Below are positions 34,532-47,419 of a stretch of 64,000 bases of DNA, in pieces (positions within the stretch are counted from its first letter, which is position 1; each line of letters begins with the position of its first letter). Position numbers and translations under genes: made by a program. The stretch comes from Dimargaris cristalligena (taxonomy: Eukaryota). Below the pieces are notes generated by a model. That model saw only the letters and a list, made by a program, of their open reading frames with translations. It ran no database searches and was not told the DNA's origin. The DNA lies in contig ML002208.1 in assembly GCA_003614675.1 (NCBI GenBank), positions 1 through 64,000 of the forward strand, given 5' to 3'.

Positions 34532-37500
34532 TTACACATGGGACTCGGTCGAGTAAGAGGATGACGGGACCGAAGCATGCAAAGAAGGTTGGAGGCATGC
34601 GGAGAAGTTAATGGTCGAGGCCGGAGACGGTACGAGGCCGGACTCGTAGCAGGACACCGAGGCCAGGGCCGAGTCGGCCGGGGGGCTACTGCCAAGGTGG
34701 ATGCCGGATAGCGAGGCGGAGGGGGCGCTAGGCGAAGGCACCGCCGAGATGGGCGTAATCGGGGACGACTGCAGAGGGGACGGAAGAGCCGAGACACCGA
34801 CGTAACCACCGGCGGGCGAGGGTAGGGGGCCCTGCTGCTGCAGAATCTTTTCGACCTTGGTAATCAAATGCTTACCGTAAGTAAACTTCTTGAGGCTTTG
34901 CAAATGGGGACGAATCTTCATAACCAAGAGGTCGCGCAGGTCCCCATCGACAGCATCCAGCATCTTCTGGACCACGTAGTTGGCGTACTGATCCTTCATC
35001 ATGATGGTGAGGGCGTTGGTCCCATCAGGCCGGGTGGCGATGACTTCCTCGATCAGAAGCTGACGCTGATCAGCCGAACCAAAGGTCACGCAACGCTCAA
35101 CCACATTACTGGCGAACTTGTGCTTGGATAGTATCAGCACATTGCCACGCACCTTACTAACCACCATAGCGCGGTCCTCTGGTTTGCTATGTTCTAGAAC
35201 ATGTTGAATGACGTAGTTGCCATACTGGTCCTGGACCAGGGATGAGGTGAAGCGGTGGAGCTCGTCGAGGAGGGCCTTGGTCTGACCCTCCGGGCAGTAT
35301 TCGAACATACGCTGAATCACGCGGCAGCCGTAGGGGTGGGTGGCTAGGGCATAGACCTGTCCGTGGAAGGCCTGGATGATGAACTGGATGTGTTCGGAGG
35401 GCACTCGCTCGATGGCCTTCTGAATTACGTGATTACCGTTCTGATCCTTGACGCACTTGAGGATGCTGCCGTCCAGCTCCTGTACCATGAGGGCCTGCTG
35501 TTCAGTCAGGACATGCTCCAGGGCTTTTTGGACAACCCGACAGCCGTACATCTGCAGGGAAAGAGACAGGACGTGGGATTCCATCTGCTTGGCCAGAAGG
35601 TACTTTTGGCCCTGGTTACCGTGTTCGAAGAACTTCTGGATGACGTAGTTACCGAATACGTCGGTCATCAGCTGGAGGGCATTGGGCAAAATCTCTTCAA
35701 AAACCAAACGCTTCTCCTCGCTAGTGGCCGTCTCCAACTTCTGCTGGATGAAGCGGGAGCCGTGTTGGTCACCGCTGAATTCGACCATGCTGCCCACAAT
35801 ATCCTTCAGCTCGTACTTCTTGTTCTTATTGTTGCGGAAATCCTCCAGAAGGGGACTGCGAATGCTCTGGGTGGGGTCCATGCTAAGCAGACCCATCACG
35901 CTGCCGAGCGGGGAAGGGTGGCCGTGGCCCAGGGCATGCAGATGGGCCGAAGTATAGGGGTTGGGGGAAAGGGTGGCAAGGTGACCATGCTGATCCAGGT
36001 ACCGACGGGAGCCGGGCGGGGTGGGGAGGCCAGCGGAGGTTAGAGGAGACGACGGTGCGGTATTATAGGCCGACATGAGACTGGCCGGGCTGGCATTGCT
36101 GCCCAGGTACTCGGAGGAATGCTGGCGCAACAGGAGAGTCTCGCGGGCAGCCAGGGTGGCCAAGTAGGCCTGGGCGGCAGGGGAGGTCTGGGCCAGATGG
36201 TGATGCGGATGGTGAACCAGGTGGTGGTTGGGGCCTGTCAAGGGGGAGGGGGGATAGGCGTTGGGGTTGTTGGTGGAGAAGGGCTGGGCGGAATGGGGAC
36301 GGAAGTACTTGCGGTCGGAGTAGGACTGGGAGCGAAGGGCAGCGGTGTTCAAGGTTAGGCCGTGATCCAACAGTCCATTAGCCGAGCCTGGGTGGTTGGC
36401 CCGCTTAGCCGCCAGGTAGGAGGCGGAGGGTAGGCCAAGTTCGGGGCCGTGAGTCATATAGGGGCCGACAAGCCCATGATCGAGGCCGCCAGTGGGGGAA
36501 AGAATGGGTCCGGTCGAGCCATCGGGGCCGTAGAGTCCACCACCCACGCTCACTTTGAGTCCATCGGAATACACGGGCGAGTCGACCCGGTCCAAAAGAG
36601 AGGACACGCCCCCCTTATTCATAGAGGGAAGGGTGGTGAAGTTGCGGGAGTTGTAGAAAGAAAGGGATGGGGCGCTACTCTTGGGGGGATAGCCACCACG
36701 CAGTCCCGCGTTATGATAGGCCTGACCATCGTGTCCCATGCTCAGTCCATGAATACCCAGGGAACCACCAGCGGATACGGGAATATCATTTTCCAGCGAG
36801 GTGTGGTGGAGGGAGTGAACCAGGTCGGCGTACTCGTCTTTAACGGAGGTGGCTAAGTTGGAACGGGAAGTAGTGGGCTGGCGGGGAGCGAGGTGACCAG
36901 GGGGTGTAGATAAGGCCCGTTGGGGGACGTCCAAGCGAGCGCGAAGCCAGGCTGAAGCGGGGTTGGCGGCACCCAGGTGAGAGGCCACCGGGTCGTCATC
37001 ACCCCCGTCGAATAAAGAATTGACCATGGATTGGACGCTAAGTCCCGCCTCGTCGGACTCGCCCTGGTGACCGCCGGAGCCATGGTTGCCCGTAAGAACG
37101 GAGGAGAGCCGGTGACGACGGCTTTCGTGCAAAAAGTCACTCAAGTTCAGCCCGTCTGTTGAATGGTCCTCGGCAGTGGCAGTGGGGAAAGTACCGTGGC
37201 CATGCGGGGGAAATCCAGCGGAGCGGCAGCGAGCACTACCGACCACGGTGGGGGACGGGGTGCGGGTATAATCAGCGGGAAAGCTCTCAACGAACGGGCG
37301 GCGGGCCTTATCAACGCCCATGGATACGCCAGGAGTGGTTGGAGCAAACAGACTGGCAATCTGGTGGTCGGCGATCTCCTTATGGGCGTCGGATGACAAG
37401 TTGAAGGCATCTGAGGCCAGGGGGTTGCGCTGAGCATTGTGGAAACGGGGTTGGAGAAGATAGTTGGGGTGATCAAGATCGTCGCCGCCTCGGAAGGGAG

Positions 37501-37963
37501 ACGACGAGTCGGTCCGTCTAACGTCGGACGAGCCCCACATGGGCCAATTAGAGTCCAGGCGGTGCAAGGTAGCGGAGGTCGGCTCGGGCCGGTTGAGAGC
37601 ATTACCGAAGCCCAGCTCAAGGGCCCCGGAACGCGACGATAAGTCGTAGGTGTCATTGCCATCAGGGCGAGCAGGCGGGGCACTAATGGGGCGGTGATTC
37701 ATATCCATCAGGGAAGCCATATGGTCGGACCCATTAAGTCCGTGTAGGCCATTACCATTCTGGGGCGAAGGAGACGAGGAAATGGGGGAGATTCAAGCAA
37801 ATAGGAGTGTGTGTGTGTGTATAGGGGAACATGTTAGCCAAAGACGAGAGGGGAGAGAGATTAGCGGAGAATATGGGTGAAGTGGATAGAGATGATTGTT
37901 AGATGGCGAATTACTTACCGACTGAAGGGAGTAGGGATGAACCCGCTGGGACTGGGCGGCCAT
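34532..37963 (-). CDS. Pumilio/PUF RNA-binding protein (PUM/Puf3 class), 2 exons
   Basis: Exon 1 37963-37919 ([15 protein letters not shown], donor gtaagt) and exon 2 37759-34532 are in frame. Eight PUF repeats with recognition motifs SRFIQ, NYVIQ, CRVVQ, NHVIQ, CRVIQ, NYVIQ, SNVVE and NYVVQ, ending in KFTYGKHL. Long disordered N-terminus. Confidence 0.96.
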
Positions 37964-38271
37964 GGTGGAAGGGGCAGGGTGTCACTGGCAGTCAGGAGCA
38001 ATGATGGATTAGTAGATGATGATAGAACGGGGGATATATATAAGGGCAGGGAAGGACCGAGGAAAGCGAGGCAAATAGGGAGGGCAGGAAAAAGAGAGGA
38101 TGCCCAGGGGTAACTTATGCAGCAAAGGTCTACTATATACTAAGTGGTATATCGACAAAAGGGAGGGAGAAGAGGGGAGAGGAAAGACAGGGGGGAAAGG
38201 AGGCTACATTAACGCTAAAGGGCTGGGGGGAAGAGTGTGCGTCGACAAGAGGGCTCGGTCGGAGTGTGAAT

Positions 38272-38289
38272 TATATATATATATATATA
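38272..38289. repeat. (TA)n microsatellite in the Pumilio upstream region
   Basis: About 9 TA units; a (GA)n run also occurs near 38410-38422. Confidence 0.8.
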
Positions 38290-41000
38290 GTGAAGGGAAT
38301 TGAGGCCGACGAGGAGAATATTAGGGGAGGGCCAGGCTACTGATATTTATACAGGGTAGGGCAAAGGGAGTCGATGGCGAATAGAGCACAGCAGTACCCA
38401 AAAAGAGGGGAGAGAGAGAGAGCGGCCGTGGGAGCGTACACTGGAGGAAAAAAAATGGCCGACTAAGCAAGTCAGTATGGGCCAAGTTAAGTACGTAATA
38501 GTTAGGGGGGAACCTAGTGCAGCAAAATGGCAGTGACTAAGGCTGACCTAGAGGTGGCCGTACGACTCGCAATAAATACCGAGAAGACTGTCCAACCTGG
38601 AAGGTCGCAAGTGTCGCGCAGTAGGCTATGGACGGCCGCAGGTGCAAGAGTGCCACGGCGGGTCTAAAGGTGCGACGGACGTGGCACCTTGGTCGGTCTG
38701 TGTGACAAAGGGGGCAGAGAGAGGGTGGACAGGATCCGCTGGGCTAAGGTACAGAAGAGGCCACCGTATGAACGGCAGGCGTAGAGGTCGGAGGAACGTG
38801 TAAACGGAGGGGCTAGAAGGGAGTGGATTTCGCAGCTGGCGAAGGGGGAAAGAAAAGAAAATAAAAGGAAAAGAGAGCCGCGGTCGACTCACTAAGCGAA
38901 CCAGTGGCAATATATGCTAAGGCGGAGAATCCAAGGTGTGTTACACACACTGCGGGAAAATTAGCCCCACCAGACAGGTAAAAAGCCTTGGCTGGGGTGT
39001 ATATATGCACGGTTGGCTGGCCTTGTCTAGTGGTTACTGAAGGTCAGAGTCAAAGCACCGTACTGTACCGTAGGGTTGGTTTGGACGCACTGCGTATGGG
39101 TATCGAGGAAGTCGCGATATCCACCGGGTTCCCGAAAAAGGCGTGGACGGAAGGCGGGGTTAGCGCTGCACAGAGGCGGTTGGAGGAGACGAGTGAGGGA
39201 GAGTGCGAATGCCCGTCAGATGAAGCGGGATGGGAAGGAAGATGGGCAGAGCAACGCAGATGGAAGAGCTAACCCAGAAGGAGTCGGGGATTATTACTGT
39301 TGCTATAGAGAGAGAGAGGTAGAAATGCTATATGCGAAAGAGGCGCATTGGCATATAATCAGAACAGCATATAGTCAGAACACCGCGTTTGTTTCTGGCC
39401 AGGCAGGCGGGTTCTTTAAATGGTTGCTGGCCACTCTAAACAACTTGATCCACTTCCGGCTTCTTTTACAAGTGATTGCTCCTTGTCCTTGTCCTTGTCC
39501 TCGTCCTTGGTCTCCTTATGCACTGTTGCTGACGGGGCACACCAGTGGAGGTTTGAAACAGCAGTGTGGCCACCGGGCAGCCAGCCCAGAGAACGGTTAA
39601 TCTTTACATTCTCTCCACCCATTGAGCCACACCAGCGCTGGATTGTCTTCAGGAAGTTCCACTAGCCTCCTCTATCGCGGCAATCCTTCTTGCCTTGGTC
39701 AAGTCTCCATTGATAACAACAACTGGCCCTCCTGCCTAGGCCAAACAATCCCGAACCCCTTATAATTCCAGCCCAACTCAGCTCAGTCCAGCTCTAGTCC
39801 ATTTCAGCCCTCCTCAGTCCACTAGTAACCCGTAAAAATCCCGCGCTTGGTCCGCCGTTATTCGCCACTGTCGTCGGGTGCACTCCCTCCCCGCGTCGTG
39901 CATTGGGGGGGCATGGCCGACCACCGCAGGACACATGCTGTCTTACCCCATTAGACCAGAGATTGTCCCACTGGAGATTCATTATTAAACGGTGGGAAGT
40001 CGGATCTTTTCCCCCCCTCTCTCGCTCTACCATAGAGAAATAAAATAGAAGTGAAGGTAGTAGTGGTTTCCTTCTCCCCATATTCCCAGTGCGCCCAAGT
40101 AGACCTGCCAACCACCATGTCCTAGCGTATTCCACCGAGTGTAGCCATGCTCTCCTAATAATAATATCCTACGCCATCCGCACCACCACTGACCAACCTT
40201 TCTTAAAAGCTCCTTGCCTTAATCTCCCCGCTCGCACCCCTGGGGCGGTCATATTGTCTACTCGTCCAGCGTATCAACTGTTCCCAAAACTAACCGTCCC
40301 GACCACACTGTTTAGGTCTATTTCTCCACAGCATTGTCCACCTCCTCCACTCAGTCAGTGGTCGACTGCTTTATTTAGGGGGCCCAAACCTCAGTGCGGT
40401 CACTATAGAACGGCCATTTATCTACCAGTCCTTGAATGGTGTGGTAATGTGGGGTGGGGGGTGGTGCAGGCCATGGGTGGGTGTTGGGCTGCAGGAGAAC
40501 ACCCCGACCTCTCCTGTCCAAGGCTCACTTCCAAAGCACTATCCTGGTTTCATTTTATTGGGGTGATTAGAGTGACGAGGGAATGTGGTTGCAGACCAAA
40601 GGGTCGCCGTCTGGGTTAATGGGACACTACTCCTTCGCGCCTCAGCTACCTAGATTATTCTGCCAAACTTGTACTCAACAACCGCCGGAATGACGTCGGA
40701 TTCCATTCCTAACTCCCCCTAGTACCTGGCTTTCATTTAGCCTCAATACCCCCCCCTCATTAATCCACTATGGCTTCAGTGGGGAACGGGGGGGGGGGTA
40801 TGCAACGGAACTCCCCATATATCCTCACATTCTAGATTAAGTCAGGCGAGTCGAGTTGGGTCGAGCAAAATACTGATGCAATAGGCCTGACGGCGGCCGC
40901 CCCATGGGTGGGTCAGTTAGCGGGCTGCTCCTACTAAAGAATACCGCCGGGTTTAGGGGGCCGTGCGACCCGCCCCCGGCACTATGCATCGAGGTGCCCA

Positions 41001-42135
41001 CTATGAGACCACCGGCTCATCGTTAGCCGACGAGTCGTCCGGCTCCGGAAGGCGGTGGAACTCGCAATCAGTCATCATCCACTGGTCTGAATCACCCGAC
41101 CCGGCCACTTTGGATAGTGTCACAATCACAAATCGTCCGTCACGCAGGGCACCCGGATTAACCACCGGCACACGGCCCGACCGACCGAGACCCCAGGCGT
41201 GGTGGGAGTGGCCGTGGATATTAAGAGCAACGGGGTGTAATCGGGACATATTCTCAAGCACTTGGCGCAACGCCGAGCTACCATACTCCTCACGGGATTC
41301 TGGGCGACCGTCCGGGTCCGAGTTCGTTTCACAGGTGACTATTTCAATAGGCCCAATAAATACACGAATGGAGCAGTTTGGCAATTCAGCATAAATGCGA
41401 GGGGAGAATAGCTGCATTGAACATACCGTAACCGTAAAAAGTTGAACAACCGGGCGAATTATTTAGCGGAACTGGGTTTTAAAGACCCTAATTAACTAGC
41501 AACTTACCGCAGTTACTCGGGCCGTTATGGGTAAGCCACACCACAGTGTGGTTTGGCGATTTGGTGCCGACTAGTTTGTCCACCACGAGGCTCAAGTCGC
41601 GTTCCATGGATCCTTCATCGTACGGGAAACCGTCCCAGATGCGGGGGTGGGGGGGCTGGTACCCAACCACATCTACGGAGCCCCCTAACCCCGCTATCCA
41701 AAGGTGCGGCCGCAGGGCCAGTACATGGCCGTGGACCGAGACGACTTGCGGACCAGTCGGCAGGTCCCCCGTTAATTCAGTGGGCTGGCAGGTCCATAGG
41801 GGGGACCGAGGGTCAAAGGCGTACCAGGGGTCATGGTTGCCGGGCACCACCAGGACCGGGAGGTTTAAGCTGGCAAAGGCAGCAATCACCCGTTGGTAAG
41901 CCACTACATCGGCTGGGTCGTCGGTGGGTGGCTCAAGGGTCGGGTCGCGAGTGAGGTGGGCCAGCGGCTGGAGGTGGCGGGGGTGGTTAACGTTGAGTAA
42001 ATCCCCGCCCACCCAGACAGCGTCCAGGGTGGCGGTAGGAGTCGTTGCTAGCCAGTGACGTAGACCGTTTAATTGGGCCCAGCGGCAGTGAAAGTCGGAC
42101 ACGAACAGAAAACGGTAGCTTGAATTCGAAGGCAT
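41001..42135 (-). CDS. Calcineurin-like metallophosphoesterase, 2 exons
   Basis: Exons 42135-41508 and 41338-41001 (phase-1 GT-AG intron). All five motifs are present: SDFH, GGD, PGNHD, THNGP and IHGHSH, plus GSSALR and VVNPGAL. Confidence 0.88.
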
Positions 42136-42546
42136 GGCGACCAGGTAGAGTATGTCTCACGGGATTACATTGGTGAAAGGCGGGGCGTCAATTGGGCTCG
42201 GCCAGTCCTCCCTCTACCCCCTCAAAACCTCCCACCCCCAGGTGCTAGGGCTATAGGACCAGGGGGATATGTCACCCTATGAAGCGATAGATATCTCCAC
42301 AGCCTCCATTGTCCCATCTATTGATCGCGCATTGTATTTTTTTTTTATGTGGAGGATGATCTTCATCACGGGGTTTGGCGGTAGGTAGTAGTAGTAGTAA
42401 GCCACACCACCGACTTATCAACGTCTCACTGGCTTTGGCGCCCGGGTCCTTAACTAGTCACAGTAGGCCCCGCCTTTGCTTGTTGAATCAGCTCTTCATT
42501 CCACGCTTGTTCTATATCGTTTGTCAACGCTATTCTTTCCTTGACC

Positions 42547-43145
42547 ATGACCCATCTCCTCCGCTCCTCCGCCCTGAAGTCGGCTGCCGTTCGGGTAAGC
42601 TATATCCTGCCAACTCCTCTGCCGAGAAGGGCCTTCGGATCCTGCCAAAGAGCCTCTCCGCGATATTTCACCGGTTTTTAGTCTAAACCTAACCATTTTG
42701 CCTTCTTCCACCCACTGCCATGCCGTCCACGTAGCCCTTTTCCTCCCGGCTCTTCAGTTCCACTGCCCAGCGCTCCCTGGTCAACCAGATCACTCTGGTT
42801 GGACATGTCGGAGCCGATGCCGAGTCCCACGAATTCACCAACGGAAATTCCGTGGTCAACTTTAACCTGGCCACTACCAGCCACCACCGTAACAAGGACA
42901 ACGATATGGTCGAAACGGTCCAGTGGCACCGCATTCGCAGCTATGGTGCAAATGTTGCCTGGCTCCCCGAGAAGATCAAGAAGGGTGCCTTGGTGTACGT
43001 TCGCGGTAGCCTCCGCTACGACAGTTTCACCGACAAGGACGGTAACGAGCGTACCGCCACCTACATCAAATCTGAACAAGTCAAGAAACTCCGGGACCCT
43101 GGCACGAAGCAATACGAGGCGGGCGAAGCGGCTTCTGAGGATTAA
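42547..43145 (+). CDS. RIM1: Mitochondrial single-stranded DNA-binding protein (SSB/Rim1), 2 exons
   Basis: Exons 42547-42594 and 42735-43145. Presequence-like MTHLLRSSALKSAAVRPFSSRLFSSTAQR, then SSB OB-fold motifs VNQITLVGHVG, FNLAT, QWHRI, KGALVYVRGSL and DKDG. Confidence 0.92.
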
Positions 43146-44968
43146 AGCTTGGTCCGTCTGGATCTCCTCTATCCCTCAGGATCAATTATTGTGTGAGGCA
43201 TTCAAATGCATTTTATCCACCCGTATTTTACATTATTAAACTTATTGAATCATGTTTTATCGATTACGTTTAAAGCTGGGTGCATTTCAATAGGTGCAGG
43301 GCGGATTTTCTGAACGCGATTCACCAATAATAACCAGGAAACCACCTTAGCCCTCCTCATTGAGACGCACTGCTTAAGAGTAATTTCTTCAGTGTGATAA
43401 TATAGCTGAATAAAACCCCGTTTTCTGGCTTATTATAGTCCAAGCCTGATGTATGTTCATGGACGGCAAACACTAGACCCGCAACACCCCTCCGTCCCAA
43501 CAATCATGCATTCCCAAATCGATCATTTACACCGCCAGTGATAGTCTCGCACCATAATGAAAAAAATAATAATTAGGAAAGTCGAATTTATTACAAGATG
43601 ATTCACGGTTTATATCCGAAAGTAACATAATAAGAGGTGATCGATGCGACGACAATCTGCTTCGGTGGGATGGGAGTATATCAAGAGAACGAAATTGTTC
43701 ATTAGTACAGCGTCCCTAACACACCGGTTAACTGGTACCGATCAACTGAAGAGGAGTATCAGAAAGGTTAAGGCTATCCAGGAGCCGTTCTCAACATTCA
43801 GGTAAACCTGTCTGCTGTCCCTATCTACTATTTAAGTCATCAGGAACTCCGAGTAGTAATAATGGTAATGGATAATGGGCAATCAATACTTACCTGGTGA
43901 ATAAATCAATGAGGAAACATAATAGTGGAACAAGAAGGATGAAGGATCACTAATTTCGGCTGAACCCCCGATGCTTTTATAAGGAACGAAGGTCATATTC
44001 GAGAGGGCAACGTCGAAAAAAAATATTTTTTTGTTTGATCTGGTCGGGTGGCGAGCTAGTCACGTGAGTTTAGAGAGTGGGTGAAAGGTTTGGGGAAGTT
44101 AGTATAGTAGCCTCGCCATCACAGAGAGGGATGGCTTGTTTACGGAGTGGTTTGACGAACCACACAACGGCAATTCCAGATGGCTTCTCACACTTCTGCC
44201 TTCTCCCCCTTATGGTCACCAAATTATACTGTACCGTGTGGGCGGGGCGGGAAGCAGAGGGGGCCACGCGACTCCTGCGCGCACCCCAGGGGGCTGGCCA
44301 GGCGAGTATGTTCGTTGATGCAGTACGGACCGACATAGCCAGGACCTTCCAAGGAAGAAAGAGGGAGGTTTTTCAATTCCAAGGCTTGGGATGGGAAAGA
44401 TAGATCACGGGTATTCGAAACCTATAGCATAGGGTTGTTTACATCAAACGGGAAGGGCGAGGTCTAAACAAATAGACGGCCGTTGTACGAACTGGGAGGC
44501 CCATTATCCAGGGCCATCCGAGTAGCAACGGCACAGCTGGATCGCACGGGATGCAGGCCTCGCTGCACACTCCACCTCCTCGACCCCCACCACCAACACT
44601 TCAACTCAGCTAAGTCTCTGGCCGTGTGGTTGGTTAGGCCTGACAAGTCCATTCCTCCTCCTTTACACTGATTTCATCTGACTGTCGTGTGATATAACCT
44701 TTTCCTTTTGTCTTCCTACTCTGCCATTGTTTCTTGGCTTGCGCCCTATTGTTGAAAGTCTGCCTCGTTCTATCCCGTTTTCTGCTCGGTGCGTCGACTC
44801 CGCCCTACTTTTAATTTCCCGACCCGACTCCCCCCAGTCACAGTCCGCTTTTGTTCCGCCCGCCTCTGGTTCCGCCCCGAGACCACCCCACCGGATCCCA
44901 TCTCCTGCTCCGCAGCGCGGGTTCCTGCTTTTATTCCCCGACCCTCTTCCCCCCAAGGAATCGTTCCA

Positions 44969-47419
44969 ATGCACAGCAGCCATTCCCACACCCTTCGCCC
45001 CAGCTCGCGCCCAATACAACCCGGGGCCAGCCAACGCCGACGGACCCAACTCTCTTTCCAACCGCTATCCCCGACCCAGACCTTCCCCCAAAATGGCCAC
45101 TCCGACTTCTCCCACCGCCAGTCTTTAGGCGGGGCGGCCATTGTAGCCCCTACCGACTACAGCTCCAAGACCGGGCTAGGGACCCGTCGGAGTGTGAATT
45201 TAAATTCCTACGGTATCCCGAAACAGCCTATGCGCCGTCGCAATAGTATAGCCGCCCCCGCCAAACAGACCGCCCGGCTCTCCTACCAGGGGCCCATTGG
45301 CAATGAATTCGAGGCCAAAATCCGGGTGTGTGTCCGGAAGCGGCCGTTAAACTCCCGGGAACTTAACCGGGGTGAGACTGACATCGTCCAGGCCACGGGC
45401 CGTCGGAGTGTCACCGTCCACGAACCCAAGGTCAAGGTCGACCTGACTAAATACGTCGAGCAGCACCATTTCATCTTTGACGAAGTCTTCGACGAAACCG
45501 TCACCAACGATGAAATGTACCAGCGCACCGCCCAGCCTCTGGTGCGTTTCATTTTCCAGGGCGGTAATGCCACCTGCTTTGCCTATGGCCAAACCGGCAG
45601 TGGAAAAACATATACCATGCTGGACCCTCGGAACGGTCTCTATGTCTTGGCCGCCTCCGATATCTTTGCCATGCACACCCAGCCCGAATACCAGCACCTC
45701 ACCGTGTTAGTGAGCTTCTACGAAATCTACCAGAGCCAGCTCTACGACTTGCTCAACAACCGTAAGAAACTGCATGCGCGGGAGGACCACCGCCAACAGG
45801 TGTGTATCTCCGGCCTCCGTGAAATCGAGATTGAAAACGTCGTGGACCTGATGGAAGTCTTCGAGTTCGGTAATTCCGAGCGCAGCACGGGCTCCACGGG
45901 TGCCAACGCCGATTCCTCCCGCTCCCACGCCATCCTCCAGATCATGCTCAAAGACGACCGCGATAACGATCGCCTCCACGGCAAATTTAGTTTCATCGAC
46001 TTGGCCGGTAGCGAGCGCGGGGCCGACCGCGGGGAGTCCGACAAGCAAACCCGTATGGAAGGATCCGAAATCAATAAAAGTCTCCTCGCCTTGAAGGAAT
46101 GCATTCGGGCCCTCGATATGGACAAGAAGCACACCCCCTTCCGGCAGAGTAAACTGACCCAGGTGCTCAAGGACTCCCTAGTCGGTAATTCCCGTACCTG
46201 TATGATTGCCACGGTTACGCCCAACATCTCCAATAGCGAGCACTCGCTTAACACCCTGCGCTACACCGATCGGGTCAAGGCCATTAAAGGTGAGCGCGGG
46301 ACGTCGGACTGCCGCGATACCGATTCGGCTAACACGGGCCAGGGGGATGACGAAGGGTATGACGACGCCCACTACTACGGGGAGCCCGACGACTGGGACG
46401 ACGGTGACCGAGCCTCCCACGACCCCCCTGAGGATTACGATGGCGACCTCTACTACGACTGCGAACAGGACACCATCGATACGGCGTCTAACCCGTCCTC
46501 CAATGGTGGCCACCCGTCAAGTGCCCCCAACTCCGGTCGGAGCGGCGATCGACAGGGTTTTAACAACATTTTGGACGAGACGCCCTCTTTCCGGGACCTA
46601 AACATTCACCGCCCCTCGCCGTCCCCACCAAGTGACTCGTACGCGCGCATCCGCTCCCCACCCGCTCCCGAGCCCGTCAGCCATATGGCCCCGCCGCGGC
46701 GCTACAATCTACGGAGTCGGACCAGCTCCAACGCTACAACGCCGGCCCCCGTAGTACCACCTTCGGCTCACCTCACGTCACCTTATGATGAACCCTCGGT
46801 CCAGTCGCCCGACCTGTCCGATCCCTCCGCTTCTTCACGGGCCGCCCGTCGGCTACGTCAGCCGTCCATGCGCCGAGTGGCTACCGCCGACTATGCCAGC
46901 CCCCCTGATGATTCGGCCCACCCCCAAACCCTCAGTCAAAGTTTCAATGTGCATTCCTCCTCGGTGATGCCGCCACCCCGCAGTCAACGGCGGCCCACCT
47001 CTTACCGCACCCAGCCCTCACCTAACGCCATGGAACCACCGGTTGCCCAGAGGTCGACGGCGGCCCCTTCCCAAAAAGTATACTTTGATCTCGCCGAAAT
47101 CGATGAATTTGTTAAACAGCACCGCCTCCAAATCCGCGAGACCTCCGATTATTGTAAATTGGAGACCCGTTTAGTTGCCTCATACACCCTGGGGGCCTCC
47201 TCCGGACCCAGTCCCCAGGGATCGCTACGCTCCCACAAGTACTACGAAGGGGATAATGACGGCGATGACGCCAAGGTGCTGGCCCAGATGCACTCGGCCG
47301 TCTCCTACCTTGAGCAATTGGACGAAATTTTGGATAAGAAGCAAAATGCCGTCGTTCAGCTGCGTAATAGTATCCGGCAATTAGTGTACAGCCAAAGTCA
47401 AAGCCAGAACCGCCAATGA
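44969..47419 (+). CDS. Kinesin-13 (MCAK/KIF2/KIF24-like microtubule depolymerase), internal motor domain
   Basis: IRVCVRKRP, kinesin-13 signature KVKVDLTK, P-loop GQTGSGKT, SSRSH, DLAGSE and KECIRAL. The first ATG is 44969; the ORF-track start at 44789 is GTG, and an upstream exon cannot be excluded. Confidence 0.95.
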   Translation: MHSSHSHTLRPSSRPIQPGASQRRRTQLSFQPLSPTQTFPQNGHSDFSHRQSLGGAAIVAPTDYSSKTGLGTRRSVNLNSYGIPKQPMRRRNSIAAPAKQTARLSYQGPIGNEFEAKIRVCVRKRPLNSRELNRGETDIVQATGRRSVTVHEPKVKVDLTKYVEQHHFIFDEVFDETVTNDEMYQRTAQPLVRFIFQGGNATCFAYGQTGSGKTYTMLDPRNGLYVLAASDIFAMHTQPEYQHLTVLVSFYEIYQSQLYDLLNNRKKLHAREDHRQQVCISGLREIEIENVVDLMEVFEFGNSERSTGSTGANADSSRSHAILQIMLKDDRDNDRLHGKFSFIDLAGSERGADRGESDKQTRMEGSEINKSLLALKECIRALDMDKKHTPFRQSKLTQVLKDSLVGNSRTCMIATVTPNISNSEHSLNTLRYTDRVKAIKGERGTSDCRDTDSANTGQGDDEGYDDAHYYGEPDDWDDGDRASHDPPEDYDGDLYYDCEQDTIDTASNPSSNGGHPSSAPNSGRSGDRQGFNNILDETPSFRDLNIHRPSPSPPSDSYARIRSPPAPEPVSHMAPPRRYNLRSRTSSNATTPAPVVPPSAHLTSPYDEPSVQSPDLSDPSASSRAARRLRQPSMRRVATADYASPPDDSAHPQTLSQSFNVHSSSVMPPPRSQRRPTSYRTQPSPNAMEPPVAQRSTAAPSQKVYFDLAEIDEFVKQHRLQIRETSDYCKLETRLVASYTLGASSGPSPQGSLRSHKYYEGDNDGDDAKVLAQMHSAVSYLEQLDEILDKKQNAVVQLRNSIRQLVYSQSQSQNRQ

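Noticed and set aside
341-42135. Apparent functional cluster of phosphoester enzymes (PHOSPHO-like, HAD-IIA, 2H, ethanolamine kinase, metallophosphoesterase)
   Set aside because: Spread over 42 kb, interleaved with unrelated genes and targeted to different compartments; nothing supports a cluster without synteny data.
391-42734. U12-type introns or selenocysteine TGA codons (both known in some early-diverging fungi)
   Set aside because: All reconstructed introns have ordinary U2-type donors, and no in-frame TGA at a Cys position was seen in any recognised gene.
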